Assembly: GCA_037447435.1 (NCBI GenBank) | Contig: JBBIGR010000037.1 | Location: 15,561-52,859, forward strand | DNA length: 37,299 nucleotides | DNA from: Fibrobacteria bacterium | GTDB lineage: Bacteria > Fibrobacterota > Chitinivibrionia > Chitinivibrionales > FEN-1185 | Direction of reading: 5' to 3' | Shown: positions 36,039 to 37,299 of the stretch, piece by piece | Layout of the letters: each line of letters opens with the position of its first letter | How positions within the stretch are numbered: the stretch's first letter is position 1 | The notes under the pieces: generated by a model | Told to the model about the DNA's origin: nothing | Seen by the model: the letters and a program-made list of their open reading frames with translations, nothing else | Databases searched by the model: none | Made by a program: the position numbers and the translations under genes

Positions 36039-37226
36039 TCAGCGGACTATAGCAAACTGCGAACTCATTTGCGTTGAGCCGGCAATCAGACGAATTACAT
36101 AATTTCCCGCATGAACGAGGTTGTTGGATACGTCTTTTTCATCCCAGGAGAAATGAGATACTATTCCCAATGCCTTATCGGTTAATTTACGAACAATATT
36201 TCCTTTGACATCATAAATTTCGAATGAAATATTTTGACCGATATGGCTAGCAGGTAATGCGTATTGAACAAAGGTGCTTGCATGCCCGTTCAAATGGGTA
36301 GCCGAAATATGTGAAGAGACGGGTGTTCCCTTTCCGCTATTTGGCATATTGACTTCGGTTGTAACGTTTATAAGCTTCCGAATGTCCATGCTTGCTTCAC
36401 TAATTACGCCGATGCTTTGCGAATTTGTCAAATAACCGGGCATATTATTTGTCGCATATCCTCCGCCGCTGTTCATCCGCATTATTTTAATTCCCTGCAT
36501 TTCGGCACTTATCGGATCGGTCGAAAGAATTAAAGTGTTTGCAGAAGTAATGGTTGCCGTCGAATCCATTTTCTTTGCATATGCGGAATAATTAGTGGGG
36601 CCTTGCGAGGGGCCTTGTCCTTCGAGATTTGCATAGATGGCACTGCAAACGCAGAGCACGGTTTTATTATACACAGCACCGGACGTATTGATGGATTCTA
36701 TGCCGCCGCCATGCAATGCGTTCGGTTCATACGTACCAAAATGATTTTTAAAGCCAAGAGTAAGACCAAAGCTGCTGTGGCCCCGAGGGGTGAACACGTT
36801 AATGAGGAAATTTGCATTTCCCAAAGTCTTTGCATATTGTCTTCCGCCGGCTCCATCACTGAAAGTTTGCAAGGAATCCCTTACAATTTGCGCATCGGGA
36901 AAATTGGTGGCATTAAAACCGAAGGCGGAAAAATTATTCCCTCCGGCAGAGTCATAAATGGTAATCGATCCGGAAAACTTTGTGCCGTTAAAATCCATCA
37001 GTTTAAGTCCGTCTATTATTGCCCGAACATGTCGCCAATCAGGCCCGCATGGTGCGGAGGCATAACCTAAAGGAACTTTTATTGCTATCTTGGAAGTAGC
37101 GGTAAGCGAGCTCGGAAAGATCGCCTTCCATGCGGCGGCAAGTTCGGTTTGGTCGGTCAATTTTAATATGGAATCGTTTACCATATTTTTTATTTTGGTT
37201 GCCTGGTCGGCGGCAGCACCGGTCAA
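36039..37226 (-). CDS. DUF362-like protein with C-terminal FlgD/T9SS-CTD-like domain; 5' end uncertain or truncated
   Basis: 'KIAIK', 'VRAIIDGL', 'ITIYD', 'LTLGFKNHFG', 'STDPISAE'; tail 'FEIYDVKGNIVRKL..FSWD..GNYVIRL'. Only a TTG start, with an in-frame TAA 13 codons upstream. Confidence 0.7.
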   Translation of the reverse strand: MTGAAADQATKIKNMVNDSILKLTDQTELAAAWKAIFPSSLTATSKIAIKVPLGYASAPCGPDWRHVRAIIDGLKLMDFNGTKFSGSITIYDSAGGNNFSAFGFNATNFPDAQIVRDSLQTFSDGAGGRQYAKTLGNANFLINVFTPRGHSSFGLTLGFKNHFGTYEPNALHGGGIESINTSGAVYNKTVLCVCSAIYANLEGQGPSQGPTNYSAYAKKMDSTATITSANTLILSTDPISAEMQGIKIMRMNSGGGYATNNMPGYLTNSQSIGVISEASMDIRKLINVTTEVNMPNSGKGTPVSSHISATHLNGHASTFVQYALPASHIGQNISFEIYDVKGNIVRKLTDKALGIVSHFSWDEKDVSNNLVHAGNYVIRLIAGSTQMSSQFAIVR

Positions 37227-37299
37227 GGCATCCTTATTAAAATTGATGCCGCATCGCGTGATTTAATGGGTAACCCCAATATATTGTGTTTTAGTATTT

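Noticed and set aside
1..37299. CRISPR array, tRNA/rRNA, IS/transposase, prophage or defence genes
   Set aside because: No regularly spaced repeats or recognisable motifs were seen by eye; short degenerate elements could have been missed.

Overview
Chromosomal window from an anaerobic Gram-negative bacterium. A TIGR02147-like gene and a secreted GH18 with a T9SS/FlgD-like tail suggest Fibrobacterota (Chitinivibrionia-like), which is an inference. The window holds: (i) the last two genes of an Ehr-type complex (group-4 hydrogenase-related, lacking Ni-binding cysteines); (ii) secreted and envelope proteins (GH18 chitinase, LVIVD-like protein, DUF6057-like plus PD40/CxxCH pair, HExxH lipoprotein); (iii) a complete [FeFe]-hydrogenase locus, hydC-hydD-hydB-hydA followed by TM1266-aspA-hydF-hydG-hydE, divergent from rex, with four Rex-like operators; (iv) a two-component/sigma-54 module upstream of a receiver protein, a small Cys4 protein, an ABC transporter, a LolA-like protein and an outer-membrane barrel; (v) a TIGR02147 regulator-lipoprotein pair and a DUF362-like protein that may be 5'-truncated. 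The two most interesting unexplained signals are non-coding. One is a terminator/antiterminator RNA switch (15561-15701) between the hydrogenase structural genes and the H-cluster maturation genes. The other is a candidate stand-alone ~225-nt structured RNA (35796-36023). No rRNA, tRNA, CRISPR array or transposase was recognised. All family assignments come from motif recognition by eye, not database searches.
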